64,000 bases of DNA from Tubulanus polymorphus (GCF_964204645.1 NC_134028.1:5456001-5520000), one strand, 5' to 3'. Shown: positions 24,501 through 38,327, numbered from the stretch's first letter. Notes: generated by a model from the letters alone, not told the origin. Program-made: numbers and translations.

Positions 24501-26953
24501 GTCCACTGTCTACGAAAAATGTCGACAGCAAAGCTTTTTCTATCGGATAGGGCTTTGAAAACATCCGATACATTCATGAAAATAAACCACAGTCTGGTTC
24601 ATTGACTAGAGAGACCTTGATCTTACCAATGGTTTGCTGAATATAAATTTCATCATATATGTATGCTTTAATCACCAGATACATCTTGAATTGAACTAAT
24701 GAATGGTATCAATTAACACACATATGCTTAGTCAAGTTAATATACGTAGCACATTTTATAAGCTCTAGATGTCTGATAATACGAAATATTGGATCATTGA
24801 TAAAGTAAAAATTCTACAACCCCATTGATAATGATATAGTTTATCGTATCAATGCTATTGATTTATTCCTGCACAAGGTTTTTGATATCCTCCCATGCAT
24901 GAATTCGAACCTATTGGCATGCAAACCCTGGCAAGGCACGAACCGTGGTAAAAAGACTGGGTTTGAATCCTGGGAAAGGACACAAGCTTGGCAAGACAGT
25001 GATTGATTTCCGACTAAAATCAGTCATGGATTCTGAAAATATTTTTTTTTCGGTAAAAAATTACCACAATGTATATCAAGGATTACTATTGTGAAAATAA
25101 ATTTTGTGGTAAAAGGTTCTCAAGCAAGCAATAATGAATGTCTGTTTTAGTACATTAAAATACGCGACAAAAAGTGTAGTCAGACACAGCTAGCAACCTG
25201 CAACCTGGACTCCTTTTCTACAATTCTTTCAATTTGTAAGGGGTGGATCCGGCTACAGATTGATAGAAGAGCACAGGTGTTAGATTGTTAAAGCACTTAA
25301 AAAAACCATCAAATTCACTCAACAACGTCTAGTATTACAACTAGGATAATAATTGCATTTCATCAGGTTATTTCATCTACGATAAACGTTGGTAAAAAAT
25401 CCAATCTTTTAGTCAACATACAAATTTCCACTCCTTCAAGCAGCAGTTTAATTAGCTGCGACTAAATTTTTCTAAATATATTCGACAATTAACGACAAAT
25501 TACGCTGCTCTAAAAGTGGTAGTTATTCGATGAATGAAAATAGTAAACTGTGGAAGATCATTGAAAATACATGTATACTCAAAACTCAACCCATAGAAAA
25601 CTATTCAATTTATCCACACAAACTACATGTATATTCAATGTTGTAGGCGATAAGGCCAGAGCTGTATATCTTTTTTTGAAAAATAAATTAAAATGCAAAT
25701 TTGGTCGATATTTTTATTTTTTGTGTGTCTGGCTATTTTTTTCATTTCTACAATTTTGAAAGTCACAAAAGCAATTCCAACAATATAGGTATGTTGGTAG
25801 ACACATGACACATAAATCTAAAGCTTTACTACCAGTTTTCAACTCTCATTCGTAATTCGCTTGATACAAGACTTTTTTGAAAATCAATATTCATCAAAAC
25901 GATCTCTAAAGGAAACTCTGGCCCGATTGCAGGTGGGTTGGATTTGCAGTGCGTGCAAAATTAAATCAAAGGAAATGAAGAGAAAAAAAACCAAATCTAC
26001 ACAAGCAATCAGATACATCATAGTCACACAGAACACAGGGTCCCTACAGATCGGTCATTCCTGGATATAAGGAGTATGAAAGGAGAAAATATCAGGAAGT
26101 GCCTGTATCACTTTCATATCCCAAATACAGTAAACTCTTCCTTAATCAATACCCCCGGTACCATTTATCTCAGAAAACCGGTAATTCGGTGGTCTTGTGA
26201 GCAAATTTTTATCCTTTACACTCACTAAACTCGTTTTCCAACTGTATCGATTTAGGCGTCGTAGTTGTCTGTACAACAACAAACATTTCTTGAAGGAGTT
26301 TTAACCCTTTTAAGTTCTAGTTTTTTACTCTGTGACTATCCTAGAAATTCAATTATTTTCGGCTATTGTTGCGCTTTTCGAAAACTCATATTTGAAGCCA
26401 TAAAGTTCAAAAACTATCAGTCCTATAGATTAGCAGCGAAAAAAAAGTTTGTAGACAATATTATGACCTTTCATATGATATCAGGTTTGAGTATTTTAGT
26501 TACATAGCATTGGTCAGTATTTGTCAGATTCATCAGTCGGGGCCAGGACTTGGCCTTGAGAAGGGTTTGATTTTCGTCGTCTATATCATAAATATCATCT
26601 GGATCTAGTCACTGGATTCACTGTCTATTAGCTCTAAATCATCGTCTCCAAACTCATCATAAGCAAAGATTTATAGTTAAACTTGATCTGTATTCATGAT
26701 TTTACGTTATTTATTTCAAAAAATGACAAATTTTTAACGTGAAGCCAATGTTTTTCCGTCTCGACCTAGGGTCGAGCATGAACTTAAAAGGGTTAAAGTT
26801 GGGCGTTGTTCTCAAATTAAAGGAGCTTCAAGCACCTTTAAAAGCATTTTTCATTTAGAAAGAGTTTTAAAGGAATCAAGGAATCATATGGACCCTGTAA
26901 CAACAATACACGAAGCGCATTCTTAAAATCTAAAAAAAAATTGTAAATAATTC

Positions 26954-29425
26954 TTATGAAATGACTGCAAATTCTAGCACATCGTTCACGTGCTTTAATA
27001 CCATTTTGATGCCGTGTAAAACATTTTCGTCGGTACAATCGGTCGAATAAACATGCGCAAAATCAATCAGTTTAACTCTCACCAACTCTTCGACGCAATA
27101 CTGACAGTACCAGTTTAAACGGTAGCCGTTCGGGACGACGACGCCATTTTGCGTTTTGTTCCGTGAGCATTCTGTTTTATCGTCGTAGTTTATGAACTCG
27201 ATTTTTGCGCCGTTATTCGCGAATTTCCGTTCCTTGTCGACTTTCCGATGATTAAGGTCGCCGTTTAGATTGAGGTTACCGATCAAACGCGAGTTATCGG
27301 CGATTTCGTCGATGATACGCTCCAGGTGGCGCTTACATTCGGAAGCCAACGGGTACCGCTCGGGATTCCCCTCATAGACGAGTAACAGCGATGAACCAAA
27401 GAACTGAAGCTCGTTCTGTTGTTCGAACCAGTCGTGGATTCGTTGAATTTCGTGCATGACGGTTCGCACTATCGCTTGTCTCAATGATACAGGTTTCATC
27501 GAGAAAAACAGTCCAATTCCTACAAAGGATATATACCGCATTCAATAAGAAATGAAATTGTTATGATTAATCCTTTCAGGGCTGACTAATTAATACCCTG
27601 AAGTACTTGAGATAATTTCAAAAATTCCACCCCAGTGCATTATATAAGGGGCATACTGTGAATGTGGATCTATATTGTGGTGCGGTGTATCATTAGTTAC
27701 TAATATTTCACAATGTTTGACAGGTCCTGCCATCTTTCAATGTATTGAATGTAATTGATTACCAATTACATCCATACACCGCGATGGGGTGTACCAGATA
27801 AGTCCACTACCCATTTATACGCCGCACTGTAGTGTAGATGCACTGAAAGGGTTAAAAAATCAAAAAGTACAGCACCTCGTCATATTTATAACAAAATTAC
27901 GGCACCTTTATGAATTATGGAATCCTCCGTAAGTGACCGACAGTACGATTTATCTATGAAGACTGATTTTTCTTTATCACAGTCGAAAATCTGAAACATA
28001 TCGTCAAATAAGAAAACATGTAGCAGCAGATTCTACGAGGGGTAGTTTAGCAATCAAGACCCAGTTACCCAATGAACAGCGACTAAGTTAGACATTGGAT
28101 TGGACAGATGATTGACTAGTAAGTTGTAGGTACTCCATCTGCCCCTGGTCTTCATTTGAATAATCTTTAACTCCTGGATACAGGGTCCGATCTATGGAAT
28201 AAAGACCACTTGCCCCCTCAAAAATCTACTGGCCCTACACAAGCAGGACTGTTGTGTCCATTGGGAAAAAGCTTTAAGTCAAAAAATGCACTTGCCCGGT
28301 GGACAAATGATAATAATAACCTACTTTCCCTAATGATAATATACTTGTCCCGGGCAATCGGACAAGTGCTTCGATCGGGCCCTGGGATATAAGTAACTGC
28401 TTGATAAACTGGGTCATGGTAAGTGAACCCTCATCAATAATCAGATAATAATCTAAACCCTCATCAATAATCAGATAATAATCTAAACCCTCATCAAACA
28501 GTTGAGTATTTACATCGCGAACAACCCTCATCAAGCTGTTGATATAAACGTACCCTCATTCCTAGCATCGAATATCCTAGGATTTTAACCGGTGGAAACT
28601 TTTCGATCGATCGTTCGAGGCAATTTGATTTTGAATACGGATCGTACATGATTGTACCGAGTTTGATGTCGGTGATACATGGCTCGGTGAATGACGACGT
28701 CAAATCTTCCAGTTTTAGATATGTTACTGAAAATGTAAATGTTCTATTTGAAATATGCAGAAACTAACAAACTTAGGAAATAACTTAGATTCTTCTTTTT
28801 TGGAAAACTCACCACTGCTTTCCGGGCACGTCAATGTTCCGTGATACTTCGGAACAAATTTTCGCAACGACCCATAAATACTCGGGCTATCCGGATTGTC
28901 ATACACATCCTCGTAAAATCGTTGTTCGCGAGGACCTCTAGGTGGCGCTTGTAGCGGTTTCAAAATGATACCATCTTCGGCCGATAAGCATCCTACCAAT
29001 GGATATGATTGTAAAAATTGATAAAAGACAAAGTAGATTCTTCCCCCATCTAAAGCCGAAGTCTACTAAGTGTCTTTTCAAATGAAACACCTTTTTATCT
29101 GAGATTACAATTTAACAATCAACTTCAGAATACAGTCAAAATCCTTTATAATGCTATCCTTTTTTATGTCATTGCTCGCTTAATGACAACATTTTTCAGA
29201 GGAGAAATTTGCCAAATCTAACTCAAATTCAATGAAAGTACCATTCCCTATAACACCAATTTTGATATAAAGCCTTGTTTTCCATTAGTCCCAACAGTGG
29301 CATTATAAAGGACTTTTACTGTACTTATATTACATACCAAACTTAGTTTTGCCTTCACCATACCGGTGACCAGCTACTTGGTGTGATAAAGGCTTCGTTC
29401 CTTTTGGTAATGGTGGCAGCTCCAT
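26954..29425 (-). CDS. IPMK: Inositol polyphosphate multikinase, 5 coding exons
   Basis: Exons 29425-29338, 28992-28813, 28726-28554, 27990-27906, 27519-26954. Motifs PLSHQVAGH, LKPLQAPPRGPREQRFY, PCITDIKLG (PxxxDxKxG), GSSLLLVYEG, LIDFAHV. Confidence 0.94.
27571..27851. mobile_element. piggyBac-type MITE (second copy)
   Basis: TTAA|TCCTTTCAG...CTGAAAGGG|TTAA; colinear with 6712-6980; inside the last IPMK intron. Confidence 0.85.
28426..28497. repeat. 30-bp tandem repeat (~2.4 copies)
   Basis: AACCCTCATCAATAATCAGATAATAATCTA repeated directly in an IPMK intron. Confidence 0.85.
29133..29321. mobile_element. Tc1/mariner-type MITE with TA target-site duplication
   Basis: TA|CAGTCAAAATCCTTTATAATGC...GCATTATAAAGGACTTTTACTG|TA; a related partial copy lies at ~19415-19560. 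Confidence 0.75.
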
Positions 29426-30991
29426 CCCTTCAGCTCCGGTCACACCAAACTCCTAGGAAATATATCAAAACACAGTCAGAAATAGATCAAAAATGATTAA
29501 CAAGGCCTCGAGGCCTACCATATGTCTAACAGTTGTGGGTTAAACCGGAGTCAAAAATTAGCTATTTCAATCTAACTCCATTATACCATGTTGAATCATG
29601 TGAATTATAGTAATATTGTAGCAGAATGTGATATGATTTTTCATCACAATTACAACATCTACCCGTAGTATTTCTAATTCCATGACAGTTCGTGTGCAAG
29701 TGCGTTTTTTTACTAATAACAACAAGTCATATGAATGAAATATAACACCCACTCACACATGTTACCGGCATCGTTTTTTAATCTAAGATAAATTCAAGGA
29801 TTATAGATTCGCATTTAAATTTTTTTCATTCACATTAGTATTCAACAAACTGTCGAAATCCGTCTACGTAAATGGCAGGTGTGGACAGTTAGAGTCCCAT
29901 CGAATAAAAAAATCAGTTCAGTCCTCAGGAAAGATATCATGCTGAAATATACCTGTACCTTGAATACACGACTGGATATAATGAAGCCTTTATAGTTCTA
30001 TCTAATAATCACCAATATGCAAACAGATAGTGAATAGCTCAATCAAACAATTTAAAAATAAGGCAGTAATTTTTTTAGATTAGTGTCATCATCAATGTCA
30101 CCATAGACCTCCTATACATGAAAGAGCATATCTCTATAGGAGCTAGGCTTCACCTAACTACTACGAAAAGTAAACAGCCCTGACCTCCTGGCACAGATAA
30201 TCAGCTCAATACATATTTATCGTCAAAGCAAGGTCTGACAGATACCTAGGGTATTGAAACTTTGACTTACATCAAACTTTTTTTTCTCGAAATGTTTCTT
30301 TTTTTATGGCAGGTGCAAATCATGTATATTAGGCTACTTTTTCAATAGACAATCTCAATATGACATATAGGCCTATACATTTTATGAATGATAAAAAATT
30401 TTTAGTCTATATTTACTAGTACTAGGCCCAGCTGTTGCTCCAAAATAAGAGGGGCTAAAGGGTTAATCGTAGACCATTTGGTATTCAGTTTAGCATCTCG
30501 TGTTTTTTTACGGGAAATTTTTTTGAATACAGGATTTTTCTAATCATGTCAATCACTAGTGACTTAGGTTCATAACAGAGAAAAGTGGTTGAGCGTTAAG
30601 ATTCATAAGGAAGTGGATAATTTGGCATTATTCACGTAAACGCTATTTAGCCTATAGCTCATTCTGATTGTTTACTGATGTATAGGACAATTGCTCCGAG
30701 GTGCAGGAAAATTTTTAAAAAAAGGAGAAATAAGTGAAAAATCAGGATTCGAACTATCTTTATTGAATTGGACTCTTTTTCTAACAATTCTTTAGATTAA
30801 CAATTCTTTAAATTATTTGTGTCGGCACAATAACATTTATTAGAATAAGCAAATTTCCCCAATCGGTAAAATATCCACACTCCAAATGAAAAAAGGTACT
30901 TAAGTAAGGAAGCGGATACTTCTATGCAGTGGATATTTTACTGTATACGGCAGAGTGTTTATTTCCATTATTTTACCGTACATCATCGCTG

Positions 30992-31018
30992 ATTGGCTGA
31001 TTTACGCCGCGCATGCGC
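30992..31018. promoter_or_regulatory. CCAAT box plus NRF1-type palindrome, probable IPMK promoter
   Basis: ATTGG at 30992-30996 and GCGCATGCGC at 31009-31018, ~1.6 kb upstream of the IPMK start codon. Confidence 0.4.
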
Positions 31019-31074
31019 ACAGAGGTGCGCGACTTCGAAAAAGGAAAGTGTGGAGAACAGAGTTAGAGAAAATA

Positions 31075-31141
31075 GAGCGAGACTCAAACCCGGGCCAGTA
31101 AATTACAAGCGCAGCATCATCCAACTAGACCACTGAGCTCG
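31075..31141 (-). pseudogene. tRNA-derived sequence (tRNA-Pro-like pseudogene or SINE head)
   Basis: Minus strand AGCTCAGTGGTCTAGTTGGATGATGCTGCGCTTG...GGCCCGGGTTTGAGTCTCG has A-box-like and B-box-like motifs at tRNA spacing. The acceptor and anticodon stems are broken. Confidence 0.45.
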
Positions 31142-32050
31142 CTGAAGACCAACCAAATGTTTTAACTAGATATAGCAACTAACCTTACCCTAATCCTATC
31201 CCTAGGGGTAAAACGGACCCTACCCTCTGGGTCCTTTAGACCTACTACTTTAGACCCTAAACCCATCGGAACCCTAAACCTAAACCCAATAAAATGATTT
31301 TATTGTTACTTTTATAAGTCAATACTATAATATATAGTGATGATGTAGGCCTCTAGGTAAAATAGCAGAAGTAAACACTTTGCTGTACACGGTTAAATAT
31401 CCACTTTGATACTTTTATCGAGGGATGCAGTGGACAGTGGTCGATCGAGTGGATTAAGCCGCCGGTCACTGGTCACGTCAATCTTTATGATCAGATATTT
31501 TCACTAAGCCCATCGATTATAAAGAGCTTACCACCAACGATTTTAGGTAACTTTTAGGAACTAAGCCTACCGTCGGACGAGCAGAAAGAAAGAAAGAAGT
31601 GATTGTACCATGAACTCTCCCTCTCAAACTACATATCTGAATAGAACGAGTCATCATCGGTATTCGGAAAACCTACCACAGGCTACAGGATACACATCCT
31701 CAATCCGAGTGTCGGTATGTTTTTATTACATTCAGTTTCTAGTCTGGAGGAAATTAATCATCATCAATAAATTCTATTGAATTGACCACTTTACTTCCGC
31801 ATTAGTAGTGGCTATTTGACATTCGCCATAGCACATCCATTCCTCTTGAATCGTTGGTTTCGAAATGCTGGTTTCGAATCCCTATAATTGCCGATTCGAA
31901 TCTGGCAATACGGTACTCAGTAAACCCTCGAAGTAAACCCGCGTTTTATGATAAGTAAGCTAATAGCAGTTTCGAATATTTAACCTAGTTGGTCCATTGG
32001 TTACTCGAATACGCCATTATTTCATGAAAGTCCAATCTGCTCAAAGTTGG

Positions 32051-32590
32051 ATAGATAGATAGATTTATTGCTCACAAAATTTACAAATTTGCGAAGAGCA
32101 AAAGCCAGTTACAAGATACATTATACAAATTACAGACAACGAAAATTGACAGTACATACAATTGGTGGGCATATGCAACAAGTGCATTATCTGGCATTTA
32201 GGTAACAAAGTATCTTAAACATTTCTGTATATATAAAATGAGGTTTTTTGATTTCACGCCAGTTGTACAAAATAACTCTTTAAATTTATGCGATGTAGGA
32301 TTGTTTATATAATATTGCTTGACATACTTCTTGCGCTGGTCATTGAAAAAAGGACAAATAAATATAAAGTGAAATTCATCACATACAACTCCCATATCGC
32401 ACTTAGTACACAGCCTGTCTGCTCGGGGTATACGATTATATCTCCCTTTTTCTATTGGGAGGGGATGGTTAGAACATCGGAATCTACAAAATGATATCCT
32501 TAGATGATCAGGTAATTCAGATAAATAGTTTTCAGAGCCCCATTCAGTTTTAAAAATTATATACGAGTCGGCAATATTAGAAATCTTGAG
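32051..32590 (-). mobile_element. 3' fragment of a non-LTR retrotransposon (RTEX-like C-terminal zinc knuckle)
   Basis: ORF 32198-32605 encodes RFRCSNHPLPIEKGRY..R..RLCTKC....DEFHFIFIC; the 3' end is AATAAA followed by a (TCTA)n tail at ~32051-32069. Confidence 0.85.
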
Positions 32591-32646
32591 GAGAGAATCC
32601 CACAATGATAATAAAAAGTCCGAAAATGAAACTTCGAGATAGTAGT

Positions 32647-32693
32647 TTATTTCAACGTTTCGACTATATCCTAATAGTCATCTTCAGGAATAA
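32647..32693 (-). ncRNA. Minimal type I hammerhead ribozyme motif (Penelope-like repeat fragment)
   Basis: Minus strand TTATTC-CTGAAGA-T-GACTAT(TAGGAT)ATAGTC-GAAAC-GTT-GAAATAA: core CUGANGA, 6-bp stem II, GAAA, ACGU palindromic stem III, GUU cleavage triplet, stem I with one bulge. Confidence 0.7.
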
Positions 32694-33371
32694 TGAGATA
32701 CTACAGAAATTATGAGATATATATACAATCCAGAGACAAAGAGACTAATTCAAGTAATCAGAGATGATACAAACTAAAGGAAAATTAACGTAGAAACAGT
32801 TACACGCTAAAATAGATCATCAATTTCGTCTCTGACTTAACTTGTATTCACCTTTGTTTTAATTTAAGTGCCCCCTAGTTTGTCTTTCTTTTTACTACTG
32901 ACTTTAAGTTTCATTTATATTTATACTCACTATTGTTGTTTATAATCACCCCTTAGTTTGCTTCCCTTTAATCTCATTTTTATTTTACAATTGCGATTGG
33001 TATAATTTTTTTTTAAACGGCCGTTAAGGCTTCATGTTTCGTCTGCAATTCACTGCAAATAGTTACGCAACTACGCACATTTCAGTGTTTTTGGCAGGTG
33101 TACACTCAATCGGCACCGTTCGTGACTAGCTTCACTGCGGAATTATCATTAATTAACATCGCCATATCACATCATCAACTTATATTGTGCCTTAAAACCC
33201 TAACAGCCGAAATAATGAGGACTCTACGTTCGACTGTGGCAATAGAGGGTTCCACTTGTGGCAAGCGAGGATGCAGCGAGGATCCACCAGGTTCGCTAGT
33301 GTGCACTCAGACCGGTCCGCAACAGATGGTTTGGCAGGGACTGTAGAGATGCACAGAAGAAATATAATTAT

Positions 33372-35781
33372 ATGAAAAAAAGATATAGGGGTTGCCCTAC
33401 CCCTTCCAATTTTGAATCCCTTAAGAACTCGTCTAAAAACTATAAAAAGGTCATCCGAGGAAATAAGAAGAAACAAAAGGATGAATTTATTAAGGAATTG
33501 AGAGAATGCGAAATTAATAACCCAAAAAAGTATTGGTCGATGCTAAACTCTGCGAGCGGAACAAAAAATAATGAGGCTAATATAGATATTGATATTTTTC
33601 TTGAACATTTTATGAGATTAAATGATTTGAATAATGTTAACAATGAAACCGATGACGGTGATGAGCCCCCAGACGTGGGTGACCATCCTGTCTATGACAA
33701 TTACATTTTGAACAGTGATATAACCAGTGATGAGGTAATTAAGGCTAAGGTAATCTCTTTACTCAAAAACAATAAGGCCCCAGGCATTGATGGAATCACG
33801 AATGAGCTGTTGGGAGTTAGTCAGTATCCGTTTTTAGTTGATATATTACAAAAATTATTCAATTTAGTTCTTAAAACAGGATATGTTCCAGAGATGTGGT
33901 CTATAGGCGTCATCAAACCCATTTTCAAAAAGAATGGCGATCCCTCTAATCCTGATAATTATAGAGGTATTACCTTAGTTAGCTGTCTTGGTAAATTATT
34001 TACAAGTATCCTAAATCAAAGATTGTCAACATTCCTAGATACGAATCACATTATAAGTGAAGCCCAGGCTGGCTTTAGATCGAAATATTCCACCATTGAT
34101 CATATTTACACGCTTAAAACAATCGTAGAGCTGTATCTTTGTCAGGGAAGAAGACTTTTTTGCGCCTTTGTTGATTTTAAGAAAGCTTTCGACTCGATTT
34201 GTAGGGTAACGTTATGGCGAAAATTAATTGCTAACAGTGTTAATGGAAACTTTTTCAATGTGGTCAAAAATATGTATAACTCTCACCTATCCTCTTTTCG
34301 TTATTCTTAAACGACATTGAAGAATTTTTCATTGATCGTGGAAAACCGACTTTGTCATTTATAGAAAAACTAAATTTGAATCGTGATCAGGATATTGATA
34401 CTTTACTGAATTTATTCATAATACTATACGCAGATGATACAGTTATTCTTGCTGAGGATGCGAAATCTCTTCAGCTACACTTAATGGTCTTAATGGTCTC
34501 ACTGTTAACTCAGAGAAAACTAAAGTACTAGTATTTGCGCGAAGTAAATCCCGGATAAAAACGATTTCGAAATTTATGTTTGGTGATCAAGAGTTAGAGG
34601 TAGTTGAAGATTATGTTTATCTCGGAGTAAAATTCAATTGGAATGGTAACTTTGCTAAGGCAAAAAAGTATCTTTACGATAAAGCTATGAGAGCTATGTT
34701 TTCGATCGTTCAAAAAGGCAGACGTTTGAAATTGCCCATAGATGTTATGTTTAAATTATTTGATACGTGTGTTGCTCCAATAGCCATGTATGGGTGTGAG
34801 ATCTGGGGATACGAAAATCTTGATTTATTAGAAAATATTCATTGCTTCTTCTGTAAAATCTTAATGAAAGTGACGAAATATTCTCGCAACTTACAAGTTT
34901 TATCAGAGCTAGGCCGTTACCCTTTGAATATAGATGTTAGACGCAGGATGATTAACTTTTGGGTTAAAACAGTATCTGGAAAGCAAACCAAACTTAATTC
35001 AATACTCTATAAAATATCTTTCAATTTATTTTTAAGGGATAAATTTAAGAGCCCTTGGTTATCATATATAAAGAAAACGTTTGATGACTGTGGTTTGTCC
35101 TGCATTTGGACGCAGCAATTCATGACTAACAGTAAATCTTTTTCAAAACGAATAAAACAGATACTCCGTGACCAGCACCTTCAAGAAACTGTATCTGCCA
35201 TTTAAATACTAATCCGATATACACTAACTTTAGGCAATATAAAAATGATATTAGGTTAGAGAAGTATATAATAGAACTTGGTGAAGACTTAGGAACTAGT
35301 TTATTTGAATTTAGGGTGGGGTCCTATATTTTACCTGTGAACAAATTTTCAAACCTTCATTTAGACAGAGCCGATAGAATATGCCCCACTTGTAATACTT
35401 TAGGTGACGAATCCCATTTTCTGTTTGACTGTACCTTACTTAACGAACAACGCAAAAACTTTTTGAATTTGAATACCTTAAATACCCTTGACATTCTGAA
35501 AAACCCAACGGTCAACTTAGCTAAATTCATTAAGACCGGCTTAGATGTATATAGATCCCTCCAATAGTATATATAGTATTGTAAATAGTTGATGTATATA
35601 ATAGTATATATAGTATTGTAAATAGTTGATGTATATATATATATTTTGTTACGTTTTCATTCTCTAAATTTTAATCACTTCAGTGTTGTTTTGTAAATAT
35701 TTGTATATACATGTGTAATAGCTTTCCTCCATATACCATGGAAATGGTTGGAGTGTAAATAAATCGTAATCGTAATCGTAA
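33372..35781 (+). mobile_element. 5'-truncated, internally deleted LINE (RTE/RTEX-like reverse transcriptase), non-functional
   Basis: KAPGIDGI, PDNYRGITLVSCLGKLF, QAGFR, FVDFKKAFDS, YADD at 34427-34438, YLGV, C-terminal RICPTC..GDESHFLFDC; several frameshifts and the GVRQG block is deleted near 34280; 35-bp tandem duplication in the 3' UTR; AATAAA plus (ATCGTA)n tail. Confidence 0.93.
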
Positions 35782-36559
35782 ACATCAACCTCTGGATTCT
35801 TCTCATATTCGATTAAAGTCTATCCATAATTTCTCAAATTCTTTGAATGGTGATCAGTAAAAACCACCTTAAATATGAACCTTAAGATCATCTGAGTTTA
35901 TCAAAATGAGTGATTTGCCTAATTTCTGACGAGGGAGGCTAAAAATCTAGATGAAAGTTCATTGAAAGTGAACTAGATTTTGACGGGGTTGTCGCACTGT
36001 TACGCACGCCATCTAGCGGGATAGCTGGTGGCACGAAGTCCTCATTGAAATGCACACACGATTTCTATCATTGAAAATTGAGAGAGTGGCCATGTTTGTG
36101 TTTGCTGCTTCGCGTAAATCCCGCACGGTGGCGGAACCGCGCGGAGTGGGGCCGATACGTCTAGATAGTCCATTGGTTAATCGAATACGCCATGTAAGAT
36201 TTTTCATTATTTCGTGAAAGTCTAATCTGCTCAAAGTTGGAACATTGAATAAAACTAGCGAGCAAACTAGACCACGAGTCGCCTTTAGTAATATTTAAAT
36301 TCCTTTAAAGCACAGAAAATAAGAAATATACCCGAAGAGTTGATCCTTAACTGATTGGTTGACTTCTCCATACTCAACTGTTGCCGGAGTTTTAGGCTAC
36401 ATGTTTTTCCGCTGTCAGAAGAGAGTTCCGCTCTCGGACGAGATTTCAGATGACGGAGAAATTCGGGGAGTAACACTTTTAAACTGCTACAGAGAGGTTT
36501 TCCATAATTCTGCTGTCACTCCATGTGGATGGAAAGTGTCGTTGCAAGTACATTCGTTT

Positions 36560-37553
36560 AAAGTGTCGTTGCAAGTTGCATTATGTACTCGATAAGACCA
36601 ACCTTTTATTATTCTCGGGAAGAATTAAAATAACGAAGACCATTAAACTATACATTGATGATGAAGCAATAAAAAAGGTGACAGCGGCCAAATTTTTAGG
36701 CGTTATAATTGACGACAAAATCACATGGGAACACCACATACATCAAGTTGAAATTAAATTTCGCAGAATACTTTTTATCCTTAGCAAACTAAAACATAAA
36801 CTTCCTAATTACACCTTAAAAACAATATATCAATCATTAGCATTACCTCACATACAATACTGTAATATCGTCTGGGCTAACAACTACCCCTCAAGACTAA
36901 ATAATCTCTATATCCTACAGAAAAAAGCTATGCGCATAATAAATAAGAAACATTACCTAGAACATTCAGGACCATTATTCAAATCTACGAAACAACTCAC
37001 AATATTCGATATCAATAATCAACAAGTTCTACACTTCATGTTTAAATCTATAAATGACCTACTTCCTAAGCGATACAATTATTTATTTACAAACAAAGTT
37101 AAACACAACCACAATACACGTCGATGTAAGGAATTAGATGTAACTTTCACAAAGCATAATTATAGGCAATTTACAATAATCCACAAAGGCCCAAAACTCT
37201 GGAACTCTGTACAGAAAAATCTGAAATTATGTCATTCTATCGCGTCTTTTGGAAATACTGTAAAAAATTATCTCATTTCCCAATATGTTTAGATGAAATT
37301 ATGTACTTCTAATTGATCAATCTAATATACTAAATATCCTGGAATCATCATATTTTTCATGTTGAATGTTTTTGTCATGTAACTTGTATGTATGAATGGG
37401 GCGTGAATGTGAGTGTGTGGGCGACTGGGCCTCTCAGGTAATAAGTTTATTTAAACTTCACCTGTCGTCCAACGTCCTATTTTACAATATTTTGTACTAA
37501 TTCCTACTACTTTATATTGTAATTTAATTCGTAAATAAAACATAAACATAAAC
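36560..37553 (+). mobile_element. 3' fragment of an L2-group (Crack-like) LINE
   Basis: KFLGVIIDDKITWEHHI, PHIQYCNIVW, LQKKAMRII, HSGPLFK, HNHNTR, GPKLWN; ends in AATAAA plus (ACATAA)n tail. Confidence 0.88.
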
Positions 37554-38327
37554 ATGCATTTGTTTCATCACAGATCCGCGCATACAGCGAGCAAAATGAA
37601 AATAAATAGGAAATGTTCTGACTGATAACGCAATCAATTTCAAACCAGTTAACCCTACGTAAGCATCAAACTTGTTATAAATGTTTTCCTGTGACTTATC
37701 ACGAATACCTTGCGAAAAAAAGAAAACATCTACCTGTATTAATTACTCTTTCAGAAATCATTGTCAGTTGATGTCTCGCATCGATAAACATCAACTGATT
37801 GTTGATTATCAAAATGTTTTCTATTTTTTCTACAACTCATAGAGAAAATAACTGACTCTTCGATACAAAATATAGCTGCTGATTCATAGACGATCTCTGC
37901 ATATTGTAACTATTGATAATTGAGTCAAGAATTTGTGTGGAATCAATGAAAGATCCTCAACATTACCAAGCCCTTATTCTGAACTAAGCGCCACTTGGCT
38001 GTGTTGCGTGTTACAGAAAGCCCAGGTTTTTTTTTGAAAATCAAACGCTCAAAGACGCTGGCTACGGGCCTGATTTAAGTTCAATTTATTGAAAACCTAC
38101 TATGTCTGGAATCGCTTTGTAAGCATATCCGCAATCCGTTTATGAATGAAATGGTTTCGGGCTGATACTATGAAAAATGGCCATGATCAGGGCGTCGCTG
38201 AAAGAATTATGTTGTATAGGTGTGGCTGTTTGTAAATTTCTGAAAAAAGGCCAATGTGGCTTCCCAAATCATTATATGCTAGGTGTTTTAGAACGATAAC
38301 CACACTCAAACGTGGTGAGCAGATAAT

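Noticed and set aside
28426-28535. Direct repeats as a CRISPR-like array
   Set aside because: Contiguous tandem units without unique spacers, in a eukaryotic intron.
31180-31290. True telomere or interstitial telomeric array
   Set aside because: Units are few and highly degenerate; more likely the internal repeat of an element.
33372-35567. Functional or domesticated reverse transcriptase gene
   Set aside because: No endonuclease or 5' part, core RT block deleted and several frameshifts.
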